Translations under genes and position numbers: made by a program
Shown here: piece after piece, positions 39,211-48,973 of the stretch
How positions within the stretch are numbered: position 1 is the first letter of the stretch
Layout of the letters: the number at the start of each line of letters is the position of its first letter
The notes under the pieces: generated by a model
The model's database searches: none
Told to the model about the DNA's origin: nothing
The model's input: the letters and a program-made list of their open reading frames with translations, nothing else
Source of the DNA: a virus
Direction: 5' to 3' (one strand)
Length of the DNA: 64,000 nt
IMG/VR virus record: IMGVR_UViG_3300023184_000048
Location: 1 to 64,000 of that record

Positions 39211-40140
39211 TTATTTGAAGTAATCAGCTTTTGCTTTGAGGGTTGATCCGGGAACTTGATTGGATTTACCTTGGAGAGCAGTGATAGGAGGAGCACCATC
39301 TTTGGTTCCAACTTCATCAGTCACATCAGTTTTAGCGGAATGGGAACCTTTAGGTGTCACACGACCACCAACCTTGTTGGACTTGCCTTGGAAAGCACCT
39401 TTCTTATCAGGAGCAACTTTGGTTCCTTGAACTTCTTCGTCTTCGTCAAAATCCATACCATCATCATCTTCTTCAAAATCCATACCTTCATCATCACCAC
39501 CATATTCATCTTCTCCTTCGCTTTCGTCATGTTCTTGGCCCATAGCGGCACCAATAACATCCATAAGCTTTTCGGCAGTTGCACGATCAAGAGTAAAGGT
39601 GATAGAGTCTCCTTCGTCGTCTCCACCGAAGTCATCGCCCATTTCATCATCAGTGGATGCATCGTCAAGACCGAGAGCACCGAGGTCATCACCTTCATCT
39701 TCGAATCCTTGTCCGAAGTTCTCGTTGAGACATTTTGCATATAGAGTGTCAAAAATTGATTTTTTAGCCATACCTTTATTTAGCGTTTTCTTCATAATTT
39801 TTGTAGATTCTTGAATTTGTTCTTCATCTTCATCCTTGTCATCATCTTTTTCCCAAGGTGGAGTCCACTTCTTTTTACCATCCTCATCTTTCTCTTCATC
39901 CTCATCTTTTTCATCACACTCATCACAATCTTCTTCTTCATCTTCTTCATTATCAATGACAGAATCCGCAAGATCATTTAAAGTTTTCTTGTAGCCACCT
40001 TTAACAGCATTATCCTTTTCAACTGGAAGCGCATTTTTATCTGTGAAAGTATTACCACCTTTTTTAATAGACTCATTTACAACAGGAGAGTAAAATTCAT
40101 CCATAATATCTCCTAAACTCAATTCACTATTTTTGCTCAT
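39211..40140 (-). CDS. Highly acidic late protein (scaffold/core-like or internal head protein)
   Basis: Long D/E tracts, 'VVNES', 'IQES', 'LNENF'; own promoter and terminator. Confidence 0.65.
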   Translation of the reverse strand: MSKNSELSLGDIMDEFYSPVVNESIKKGGNTFTDKNALPVEKDNAVKGGYKKTLNDLADSVIDNEEDEEEDCDECDEKDEDEEKDEDGKKKWTPPWEKDDDKDEDEEQIQESTKIMKKTLNKGMAKKSIFDTLYAKCLNENFGQGFEDEGDDLGALGLDDASTDDEMGDDFGGDDEGDSITFTLDRATAEKLMDVIGAAMGQEHDESEGEDEYGGDDEGMDFEEDDDGMDFDEDEEVQGTKVAPDKKGAFQGKSNKVGGRVTPKGSHSAKTDVTDEVGTKDGAPPITALQGKSNQVPGSTLKAKADYFK

Positions 40141-40177
40141 GTGATTATTTAGTATTGATGTAGTTTAAATATGATTG

Positions 40178-41941
40178 ATGGCTTCTAAACGAAAAGAAAA
40201 GTTTTATTTAAATAATCCGAATTTACCTGCAAAGGGCGCGGAATTTGAATATACCCCAGAAATGGTAGCTGAGATAGAAAAATGTAAAAACAATATTTTA
40301 CATTTTGCTGAAAATTATTTCTTTATTCTCAATATTGATGAAGGAAAACAAAAAATTAAATTATATCCCGCTCAGAAAAGAATATTGAGAGGTATTCGGG
40401 ATAATCGTTTCTTCATTTTAACTGCTAGTAGACAAATTGGCAAGAGTTCTATAGCTACTATATATTTGTTATGGTTGGCTATTTTCTTCGAAGATCAGAA
40501 GATATTACTTGTAGCCAACAAAGAATCAACAGCTATAGAAATTTTTGGTAGAGTTAGAATGGCATATGAACAATTACCAAACTGGTTGAAATCTCCAATT
40601 GATGGAAGTTATGGTAAGACTTCTATGGAGTTAGAAAATGGCAGTAGAATAGGTATTACTACTACTACCGGAACTGCTGGTCGTGGTAGTAGTTGCACAT
40701 TTCTTGCAATTGACGAAGCGGCGTGGATCGATTCATTTTTGCTTGAAGGGTTCTGGGCATCAGTGTTCCCTATTATTTCATCATCCAAAAAAGCTAAGAT
40801 TTTTATGTGTTCTACTCCCAATGGAACTGGAAATTTATTTCATTCATTATATCAAGGTGCTATAGATGGTAAAAACAATTGGGGACATGATAAAATTTTA
40901 TGGAATGAAGTTCCCGGAAGGACAGAGAAATGGGCAGAAGAAATTAAAGCTGGTTTGGCATCTCAAGAAAAATGGGATGTAGAATTTAATTGCATGTTCC
41001 TAAATTCAGGAACATCATCTATGAATAAGGATTTATATGATAAGCTCGTAAAACTTATACAAAAACCTATAGAAACTTTAATGGATGAAAGATATCTAAT
41101 CTACGAACATCCAAATCCAGATAGATTATATGTAGCGGGTGTGGATACTGCTGAAGGTGTTGGGGGTGATTCTTCTGTAATTAAAATAATGGATATTACT
41201 GAGTTGGATGATATTAAAGAAGTGGCCGAATACTGTAATAATACTATACCAGTCGCTGAATTTTCTAATGTTGTTTATGAAATTTTAGGTCATTGGGGAA
41301 ATCCTTTGGTGTGTATTGAAAGAAATAATCAAGGTGGTCAGGTAGCAGATAGATTAGGAATCGACTTAGCATATCCGAAAATAGTAAACTGGGGATCAAA
41401 ACTTGCGGGACGTAAGAGTGTTGAGCTTTTGGGTATGGTTTCATCTAGAAACACCAAATATAGAGCTGTAGCCAATGCTCGTTATTATTATAATGATAAG
41501 GAAGCCGTAACATTCAGAAATGAACATGGATTAGAAGAATTATTTAAAGATTTCGTAAAAGTTAATGACACATGGCAAGCAGTTTCTGGTAAACATGATG
41601 ATAGAACAATGGCTATGATCTGGGCGTTGATGGTTCTTGATAAAGAATTATGTGAAAGGTGGTTCGAGATTATTGAAGTTGATGAATGTGGTAAACCATC
41701 CAAGATTGCTCCATTAGATTATGGTATAAAATATTTTGAAAATCCCACATCAATCTATACTAATGAACAAGTTGAAAAAATCGAAAATTCTGGACTATTA
41801 CCCATGTCATTTGGAGGATATTCAGAACAAACTGGTGAGGTTGCAAGTTTATTAGCTGATGGTTGGTCATTTTTAGGTGGTAGAGGTAATAATGTAGATC
41901 AGGGTGATTACAATTTGGATTTTGATAAGTATTTCGGATAA
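40178..41941 (+). CDS. gp17: Terminase large subunit
   Basis: 'KLYPAQ', 'ASRQIGKS', 'ENGS', 'IDEAAW', 'STPNG', nuclease 'GVDTAEG', 'HDDRTMA'. No intein or intron. Confidence 0.97.
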   Translation: MASKRKEKFYLNNPNLPAKGAEFEYTPEMVAEIEKCKNNILHFAENYFFILNIDEGKQKIKLYPAQKRILRGIRDNRFFILTASRQIGKSSIATIYLLWLAIFFEDQKILLVANKESTAIEIFGRVRMAYEQLPNWLKSPIDGSYGKTSMELENGSRIGITTTTGTAGRGSSCTFLAIDEAAWIDSFLLEGFWASVFPIISSSKKAKIFMCSTPNGTGNLFHSLYQGAIDGKNNWGHDKILWNEVPGRTEKWAEEIKAGLASQEKWDVEFNCMFLNSGTSSMNKDLYDKLVKLIQKPIETLMDERYLIYEHPNPDRLYVAGVDTAEGVGGDSSVIKIMDITELDDIKEVAEYCNNTIPVAEFSNVVYEILGHWGNPLVCIERNNQGGQVADRLGIDLAYPKIVNWGSKLAGRKSVELLGMVSSRNTKYRAVANARYYYNDKEAVTFRNEHGLEELFKDFVKVNDTWQAVSGKHDDRTMAMIWALMVLDKELCERWFEIIEVDECGKPSKIAPLDYGIKYFENPTSIYTNEQVEKIENSGLLPMSFGGYSEQTGEVASLLADGWSFLGGRGNNVDQGDYNLDFDKYFG

Positions 41942-41955
41942 AGTAAATAATTACA

Positions 41956-42528
41956 ATGAGTGAGGTCAAGCAAAGCCATCTTAATAAAGCGAAACAGGAT
42001 AAATTCCTGTTGGTCTTCGACATTCCACCCATCCTGAAAGGAATCACCAGAAAATATGAAAGGAATAATAAAACAATTATTCCCGATAGTGTTCAATTCT
42101 CGGTTTTTGGTTCATTGATACCAGAAATTACTGTGAAAGGTGTTTTGGCTAAATTTGCAGGATCTGGTTTATATCAATCAAGTTTTGCCAAGGATGCACC
42201 ACCCCCAGTCAATATTAAATTCAATGTTGACTCTCAATATAATAACTATTGGGTGATTTACTCTTGGTTGAATCTATTACATGATCAAAAAACTGGTGTA
42301 TATAACCAAAGCAATATTCCAGTGGATGGTAATTTCAATGATTACCAAACAGATTTGACAATTTATGGTTTGGATGAATATCTCGAAAAAAAGGTAAAAT
42401 TTACATACAAGAAAGCATTTCCCACAACTTTGGACTCCATCACCTATTCCCAGAAAGGTGAATCCGGTGAAGAAATTGAATCAGGGTTCACCTTTCTTTA
42501 TTCTCAGATGCATGTTGAATTATTATAA
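41956..42528 (+). CDS. gp3: Tail completion/sheath stabiliser gp3-like (tube-fold family)
   Basis: 'IPEITV', 'VNIKFNVDSQYNNYWVIYSW', 'KFTYKKAFPTTL..ITY'. Confidence 0.65.
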   Translation: MSEVKQSHLNKAKQDKFLLVFDIPPILKGITRKYERNNKTIIPDSVQFSVFGSLIPEITVKGVLAKFAGSGLYQSSFAKDAPPPVNIKFNVDSQYNNYWVIYSWLNLLHDQKTGVYNQSNIPVDGNFNDYQTDLTIYGLDEYLEKKVKFTYKKAFPTTLDSITYSQKGESGEEIESGFTFLYSQMHVELL

Positions 42529-42547
42529 CCTTAAAATAAATAACCAC

Positions 42548-43405
42548 ATGATTAAGAAAGATGTTTTTGGATATTTGTATAAACATACTAGATTAGATAA
42601 TAATGAAGTGTTTTATATAGGTATTGGAACATCTAAAAACTATGCAAGAGCTTATAATAAAACTAGGAGAAATCGCCTCTGGGTCAATATAGCAAATAAA
42701 ACTAATTACGTAGTTGAGATAGTTTTGGATAATATTCCTTATTCCGATTTATTGGAAAGAGAAAAAGAATTTATCAAATTATATGGTAGGAAAAATAAAA
42801 ATGAGGGAACTCTCGCCAATCTGACTGATGGTGGAGAAGGGGTGTTGGGTGCTATAAAGCCTCATGGTGGGAAAGGTAAGAGTTGGGATGAGATTTGCAA
42901 CAATCCCGAACAAGTTAGAATAAACAGAGAAAATAGAAGCAACCCATACAATATAAGTATACATTCTCCAGATGGAAATATTGAGGAAATAAGATGTGAA
43001 AATGTTGGAGACTTTAATAGGAAACTTAAATTAACATCTAAATACCTCAATATTTTAAAGAAAGAAAAATCCATAATAATCAAAAGGATAAGACTGGAGA
43101 CTAAACACAATTTTCAAACAGGGACAATATTATCATATCAACCAATTTATAGAGAAAAACAAACATTTATATACCCCAAGCCAAAACTTGGAGACAGACG
43201 TAAGCCTTTTACAGTATCAATAAAACAACCAGATAAGGATTCGGTAGATGTTTATTGTGAAAGCTATGATGATTTTTATAAAAAGATACCAGTGGCATCC
43301 AACATCTTAAAATCAATTATCAGAAATAAATTTGCAATTATTCAAAAAATAAAGAAAGAGGCGAGACATAACTTTTCTGTGGGAACGACTTTAACTTTAA
43401 TATGA
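42548..43405 (+). mobile_element. Free-standing GIY-YIG-variant homing endonuclease with duplicated C-terminal domain
   Basis: 'YLYKHTRLDNNEVFYIGIG...RAY', 'E..FI..YGR', 'NLTDGGEG'; TAAATA 5 nt before ATG 42548. Confidence 0.85.
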
Positions 43406-43479
43406 AGAGTTGTGTGGGTTAATATATTGAATTATGAAATGTGTTATTTAATCAAATAAATTTTCATCCTAAATTTGAT

Positions 43480-43485
43480 TAAATA
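43480..43485 (+). promoter_or_regulatory. Late promoter of tail sheath gene
   Basis: TAAATA 5 nt before ATG; part of a 13-bp inverted repeat. Confidence 0.75.
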
Positions 43486-43490
43486 GGATT

Positions 43491-45812
43491 ATGGCTAGAA
43501 CAATCCAATCACCAAATGTAGAAATCCAAGAAAGAGACTTATCTCTCATCGCTCCTCAAAATGTCGGAACTAACGTGTTTATAACAGGTTATGCATCTCA
43601 AGGATATACTGATGAAGTGATCAAGATCTCTTCTAAGGATGAACTAGAAGCAATTTATGGCATTCCAACCAACTCCGCTGAAAGATATTTTTATCATGGT
43701 ATCAAAGAATTAATCAATTCCCCTGCAAATATCTATACTTATAGATTGCCTTATGGTGCGGGGACTGGGACAGGATTTGGATCTGAATACTCCGCACTTG
43801 TCTACCCAGCACTTACATACAATCCAACATTATCAACTGTTGAAAAAAGACTTGTTGTTGATTCTTTGAGTTCTGCGGTTTATGTTCTTGGATCTCCTGT
43901 CCAAGTTAAACTTACAGAAGATCAATATAACTCTGCTCAAGCTGGAACTCTATTCACTTGGTCCCAATCTGGATGTGATCAAATCGGTCTTTCTTCTTAT
44001 GATTCTCTTGGACAAGCTGGATTAATCATTCTTAATAAATCCCAAACAACAATTAATAGTCAATTTGAAGGTTATTATGTCGGTGTTGCTGATAATAGCA
44101 ACATCAACCCTGCAAGTAACTTTAATGCAATTGTTGGCGCGAAGACAGTAAGCACCTCTGCTAGTTATGTTGGTCTTTCTGGTGGAACTGGATATACCTC
44201 AATTCCAACTGGAACATTCCAATTCTCATTATCGACCACCGCTTCGGGTCAAGGTAGTATCTCTCAAGTTATGGAAAACTTGACCGATTATAACATCGAT
44301 GGAAGAGATGATGATGATCTTCTCAACATTGGTGTGTTCAAGCTTCGCAAGAGCTTGTATGCAGATCAGGCTTATAAGCTTGATTATGTTCTCGACAGTG
44401 CTGTGGTCGGATCTATTGATTCATTCAGACAACAACAAAACCCAACGGGTGGGCCAAGTGTTTCGTTCTTCTTGGAAAATAGAGACAACAACAGTAGAAA
44501 TATTGAAGTTCTTGTTAACCCATATATTTCCAACAAGTTTGGATCTACTGCGGTTGATGCTGGTGGACTTCCAAAGAAAAAAATCAGAGTTCTGACAAAT
44601 GAACTGGTCAATAATAATAATCTATCCAAATCTGGAATTCATAATGCTTCTCTGCTTACTCTTGCTGGTCGTTTGGGATATGCTGATAATATCTACCCAG
44701 TCGGAACATTCTCAGATGCTCAAGTGTCTTCTAAAGAACTTGGAAGCATTCCTTCCAAAATCGAACGTGCTCTTGAAGCTGTTAAGAATGATGAAATCTA
44801 TGATATCGATGTTGTGGTCGAAGCTGGACTTGGAACCATCTACAGTATGTCAGAAGCTGCGGGAACAACTTACTATGACGACACGGTATACACCAGTGCT
44901 CTGTCTGGTAAATTAGCCTCTCTAAGAACATCACAAACTCTTGATGCAACTGGTGAAGATATTCGTGGTGATTATTCAACAATTTTCAACGCATTTGAAA
45001 ATTTCTGCAATCTTCCAAGTAATACAGGTGGTCGTGGTGACTGTATGTTCATCGCTGATCCAATTCGTCAAATTATGGTTGTTGGTAAGAACACTAAAGT
45101 TCTTTCTGATAGATCCAAGAATTTCACAACCGATATTTATTGGGCTATGAGACATCAATTCGAGCTTGAGAATACTTCTTATGCTGCTGTCTATGGAAAC
45201 TGGGCGCAAACATACGATGAGTTCTTGGGTGATAAGATCTGGGTGCCATTCTCAAGTGTCGCTGGTGCTGCATTCGCTCGCAATGATGCTGCTGAATTCC
45301 CTTGGTCTGCTCCTGCTGGTTATACTAGAGGATTGGTCAGTGGTAATGTTGTAGACCTTGCAATCACACCTAACCAAAAGCAACGTGATGATCTATACAA
45401 GACAAGTATCAACCCTGTTCTGTTCAGTCCATCACAAGGTATGGCAATCTTTGGTCAAAAAACACTTAGTCGTAAACCAAGTGCATTTGATAGAATCAAT
45501 GTTCGTAGATTGTTCTTGGCACTCGAAAGACCAACCAAAAAAGCTTCTATCTTCTTTGTGTTTGAGCCAAATACAGAGTTCACAAGAACCAGACTGGTTA
45601 ATACTTTGACTCCTATCTTTGAATATGCTAAACAAAATCAAGGAGTTTATGATTATCTGATCATCTGTGATGAAAGAAATAATACTCCAGAAGTGATTGA
45701 TTCCAATGAATTAAAAGTTGATATCTATCTGAAAGCTGTGAGAACAGGTGAATTCATAATCGTAACGTTTACAAGTTCTAGATCCGACGCAAACTTCTTG
45801 GAGCTAATCTAA
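43491..45812 (+). CDS. gp18: Tail sheath protein
   Basis: 'QSPNVEIQERDLS', 'PWSAPAGYTRG', 'INPV...G.AIFGQKT', 'FDRINVRRLFL', 'FEPNTEFTR', 'CDERNNTPEVID'. Confidence 0.97.
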   Translation: MARTIQSPNVEIQERDLSLIAPQNVGTNVFITGYASQGYTDEVIKISSKDELEAIYGIPTNSAERYFYHGIKELINSPANIYTYRLPYGAGTGTGFGSEYSALVYPALTYNPTLSTVEKRLVVDSLSSAVYVLGSPVQVKLTEDQYNSAQAGTLFTWSQSGCDQIGLSSYDSLGQAGLIILNKSQTTINSQFEGYYVGVADNSNINPASNFNAIVGAKTVSTSASYVGLSGGTGYTSIPTGTFQFSLSTTASGQGSISQVMENLTDYNIDGRDDDDLLNIGVFKLRKSLYADQAYKLDYVLDSAVVGSIDSFRQQQNPTGGPSVSFFLENRDNNSRNIEVLVNPYISNKFGSTAVDAGGLPKKKIRVLTNELVNNNNLSKSGIHNASLLTLAGRLGYADNIYPVGTFSDAQVSSKELGSIPSKIERALEAVKNDEIYDIDVVVEAGLGTIYSMSEAAGTTYYDDTVYTSALSGKLASLRTSQTLDATGEDIRGDYSTIFNAFENFCNLPSNTGGRGDCMFIADPIRQIMVVGKNTKVLSDRSKNFTTDIYWAMRHQFELENTSYAAVYGNWAQTYDEFLGDKIWVPFSSVAGAAFARNDAAEFPWSAPAGYTRGLVSGNVVDLAITPNQKQRDDLYKTSINPVLFSPSQGMAIFGQKTLSRKPSAFDRINVRRLFLALERPTKKASIFFVFEPNTEFTRTRLVNTLTPIFEYAKQNQGVYDYLIICDERNNTPEVIDSNELKVDIYLKAVRTGEFIIVTFTSSRSDANFLELI

Positions 45813-45826
45813 AATAAATATATCTA

Positions 45827-45869
45827 CAAAAACCCCTCAAGTGTAAAATCTTGAGGGGTTTTTGTTTTT
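45827..45869. terminator. Rho-independent (bidirectional-type) terminator after sheath
   Basis: 15-bp perfect stem CAAAAACCCCTCAAG / CTTGAGGGGTTTTTG with an 8-nt loop. Confidence 0.9.
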
Positions 45870-45893
45870 CATATCAAAAGATTAAATAGTATT

Positions 45894-46460
45894 ATGGCTA
45901 TTGACATCAATACTTTCTTCAATATCGCTGGACAGAAGCAATTTTCCAGAGACTTCTTCATGCGTGTTAAACAAATCAACGCAGTTGGTATTTCTCTTGA
46001 TGGAGAAAATGAATTGGTCTATGCCAGAACTGCTGCTTTACCCGGAAGAGATATCGAAGATAAAGTTGTAAAATATTCTGGACAAGATTTCCACTTAAAT
46101 GGAAAATCAAATTATCCGGGGTCAGAGTCTTATGCGATTGAATTTTATCACGATCAAGATTTGGATCTGAGATCTAAATTGGAGAAAATGTCTAGAGCTA
46201 GTTTTGATAATGAAACTACCTCTGGTCAAATGTGTATGCCGGGACCGGAAAGTTATATCATTCTTGATGTTTTAAAAGCTCCATGCGGTCAAGGTAATCA
46301 AGGTGGTCAAGGATTTGAAACAGTCAAAACCATCAAGCTTGTGGGTGTCAACCTCAGAACAATTGGAGAAGTTGGATATCAAATTGCTGATGGTTCTGGT
46401 GAAATCCTGACATTGAATTCAACGTGGAGTTTTCATTTCTACGAAAACTTCGCCAAGTAA
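45894..46460 (+). CDS. gp19: Tail tube protein
   Basis: Follows sheath; 'TAALPGR.I', 'YSGQ..HL.G...Y', 'WSFHFYE'. Confidence 0.8.
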   Translation: MAIDINTFFNIAGQKQFSRDFFMRVKQINAVGISLDGENELVYARTAALPGRDIEDKVVKYSGQDFHLNGKSNYPGSESYAIEFYHDQDLDLRSKLEKMSRASFDNETTSGQMCMPGPESYIILDVLKAPCGQGNQGGQGFETVKTIKLVGVNLRTIGEVGYQIADGSGEILTLNSTWSFHFYENFAK

Positions 46461-46481
46461 TTGTTGATTCTAAATAATATC

Positions 46482-46898
46482 ATGATCAGATTAAACAGGG
46501 AGGACCAACTTCTACTAGAAGAATTGTATCTGGATGTAATTAGTGAAGGGTGGAAGAGTAAAGCTGTTGGTGCTGCTGCTGGACTGGGTTTACTTGGGTT
46601 GATTCCCATTCCCTATAATAAGGAATCGGCCCAAGATGAAAAAGGAAATACTAGGATTTCAAATGTTGACATACATGATTCATTCAAAGATACAAACAAC
46701 ATAAAAAGATTAATAACCACTTATTTCAAATCACAAGGAAAAGAAGTAGGTGTGAACATCAACGGAGATGTTATAACTATCCGATCTGATAAAGGATCAA
46801 AAACTTTGAATATTTCTACTTTAAAGTTGGCGGTTGATACAGCTAAAGAAAATGGTGATAGTTCTAAATTATCTGGATACTTAGCACAAAATTTATAA
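46482..46898 (+). CDS. Candidate internal head protein with hydrophobic segment after cleavage-like site
   Basis: 'LLLEELY..VISE|GWKSKAVGAAAGLGLLGLIP'; own late promoter. Confidence 0.6.
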   Translation: MIRLNREDQLLLEELYLDVISEGWKSKAVGAAAGLGLLGLIPIPYNKESAQDEKGNTRISNVDIHDSFKDTNNIKRLITTYFKSQGKEVGVNINGDVITIRSDKGSKTLNISTLKLAVDTAKENGDSSKLSGYLAQNL

Positions 46899-47489
46899 AT
46901 GACCAACATTAATCAATTCTTAGCTGCATTCTCAGGTGATAGAAAATTCTTTTTGCATCTACCTGTATTGTGGACCGTTACAATTGATGGAGTCTCTACA
47001 GGTTCTATCAATAGTGTGTTGGGTGATGCTGGTGAAAAATGGTCAGCTAAAATTGATCCGGGTTCTATGACTAAAGGTGATGATATACTTGTTGCTCAAG
47101 AGGTGACAATCCCCGGAGAATCTTCTAATTTTGCAGCAATGGAGTCAGGATCAGGTATGGGTGGTTTTTTGCCCGGATATGGTTTGAATTCTAGATCTAA
47201 CTTTTTGGAAAGAGGATTCAGTATCAATTTCTTGGAAACTGAAGTGGATCTGGAGCATAATTTTGTTAGACCTTGGATGATTGCAGTGGGTATCAATGGA
47301 TTGGTTGGTTCAAGTTTGAAAGGTAACATTGAAGTTAGACAATTCACAAATTCTGGTCAATTGATGAAAGGTTATAAATTTAAGAAGTGTTTTCCTACTA
47401 ATGTTGAAGGTATTACCTTAAACTATGATTCAACAGATTTCAAGATTAAATCAGTTACATTTGGATGTGAAAACTATGAACAGCTCTAA
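46899..47489 (+). CDS. Tube-fold baseplate protein (gp54-like tail tube initiator)
   Basis: 'EVTIPGE', 'SINFLET', 'RPWM', 'CFPTNVEGITLNY'. Confidence 0.65.
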   Translation: MTNINQFLAAFSGDRKFFLHLPVLWTVTIDGVSTGSINSVLGDAGEKWSAKIDPGSMTKGDDILVAQEVTIPGESSNFAAMESGSGMGGFLPGYGLNSRSNFLERGFSINFLETEVDLEHNFVRPWMIAVGINGLVGSSLKGNIEVRQFTNSGQLMKGYKFKKCFPTNVEGITLNYDSTDFKIKSVTFGCENYEQL

Positions 47490-48192
47490 GGTTACATTCT
47501 CTAAGTTGAGAGAGATAACAGAACAATTACAAAAATCAAATGATAAACCTCTAATTGATTTTTGTAATTCATTTGAGGGTGATAATGTCTATGATAAATT
47601 TAAGAATTTGTTAATATCTTGGAATAATGATGTTGCTTATGAATTAAATGTCAACTTGAATGACAAACCCACCAAACTCTCCTTTTCTTATATTATTTCT
47701 CAAATTAAAGAAATTTCAAATCTGGACTTGACAATCTCGGATGATGACATTACAATTAATTTAGGAATTCCAAAAAACTTTAGTAATAATAGTGATATAT
47801 TACCAATATATGAAATGATCTATTATATTAATATTTCTGGTATAAGTATTAATTTATTAAATTTGGATAATTATAATAAGAAACTAATATTGGACAATTT
47901 ACCTGCTAAAGTCTATAATTTACTATTGAATGATATTATCAAAGATAAAACTAAAATACTAGACTTTGACAATCCATTATTATCAACTATTAAGTTAAAT
48001 TTTTTAACATTAGAACCTTATATGTTTATTAAAGGACTATTTTCCAATTATAATGAAGATTATTTCAGGGATGTGATCTTTCATTTGTCAAAAAGGATTG
48101 ATGGTCAATTATTACTTGACAGCACACCCTTAGACATCGAGTATTACATCGAAAAATACTCAAAAGAGATGGAAAATCAGAATAATGGTTGA
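47476..48192 (+). CDS. Baseplate hub assembly-like protein
   Basis: 238 aa from ATG 47476; position between gp54-like and gp26-like genes. Confidence 0.5.
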   Translation: MNSSKVTFSKLREITEQLQKSNDKPLIDFCNSFEGDNVYDKFKNLLISWNNDVAYELNVNLNDKPTKLSFSYIISQIKEISNLDLTISDDDITINLGIPKNFSNNSDILPIYEMIYYINISGISINLLNLDNYNKKLILDNLPAKVYNLLLNDIIKDKTKILDFDNPLLSTIKLNFLTLEPYMFIKGLFSNYNEDYFRDVIFHLSKRIDGQLLLDSTPLDIEYYIEKYSKEMENQNNG

Positions 48193-48224
48193 TTAAGTCG
48201 ATTTGTGTGGTAAATATCAAATAT

Positions 48225-48953
48225 ATGGAAGAATCCACCAAAACATTTCTCGAAAAGCTTCAGGAACTCAAAGAAAAGAAGATCAAAGTTGATGTATTAT
48301 CAACTAAAAAACAAATTGATGCTTCTCCACTCTCATTCAAACAACAAAAAGATCTAATTTCGACTATTGCTGATGGATCGATTGGTTCTTTGAAATTCCA
48401 GAAGTTTATCAATGATATTATCATCCAAAATACTGGAGATTCTACTCTCAAAGTTACCGATAAGCTTCCGATCATTGTTCAACTTAGAGTTGATTCGATT
48501 GGTAATAAAATCAAGTTTGGTGAGGATGAGGTTGAAATTTCTCTTGATAAGATTCTTAAACTTAAACCAAAGAATTCAAAAACACTTAAGGGTGATATTT
48601 CGATTGAATTGGAAGTTCCTACCTTATCAGAAGAGAATGAGATTATCCTAGCAACTATTCAAACCTTGAAAAAAGATGGTGAGCAAGAGGTTGGTAAAAA
48701 TGTGGGTAGTATTTATACTTATGAGATTGTGAAGTATGTTAAGACTATCAAATTTGGTGATCAAACTCTTGACTTCAAAGAAGTCTCAATCAGGGATCGT
48801 GTCAAAATTGTAGATAATCTACCACTATCTACAAATAAAGAAATCATCTCATTTATTCAAGAGATTAAGAAACTTGAATCGGAAGCTTTGGTTGTTCAGG
48901 TTGATGGGCAGGACAAATATTTTGATATTGATGTAAGTTTCTTTGATTCATAA
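48225..48953 (+). CDS. Baseplate hub subunit gp26-like
   Basis: 'SPLSFKQQK', 'DKLPIIVQLRVDSIG', 'ELEVPTL'. Confidence 0.65.
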   Translation: MEESTKTFLEKLQELKEKKIKVDVLSTKKQIDASPLSFKQQKDLISTIADGSIGSLKFQKFINDIIIQNTGDSTLKVTDKLPIIVQLRVDSIGNKIKFGEDEVEISLDKILKLKPKNSKTLKGDISIELEVPTLSEENEIILATIQTLKKDGEQEVGKNVGSIYTYEIVKYVKTIKFGDQTLDFKEVSIRDRVKIVDNLPLSTNKEIISFIQEIKKLESEALVVQVDGQDKYFDIDVSFFDS

Positions 48954-48973
48954 TTCCTTCTTAAATAATAGGG

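Noticed and set aside
39256-39814. Several overlapping plus- and minus-strand ORFs over the acidic gene (also 49270-50667, 44299-45641, 29085-29442)
   Set aside because: Shadow ORFs caused by biased codon usage of the real gene; no promoter or start context and no protein-like motifs.
40178-45812. Introns or inteins in terminase or sheath
   Set aside because: Both ORFs are continuous and of normal size; the nearby endonuclease is intergenic and free-standing.
47476-48953. Tail-assembly-chaperone programmed frameshift before the tape-measure-like gene
   Set aside because: The second gene has its own ATG (48225) with a nearby TAAATA, and no slippery heptamer was evident at the junction.
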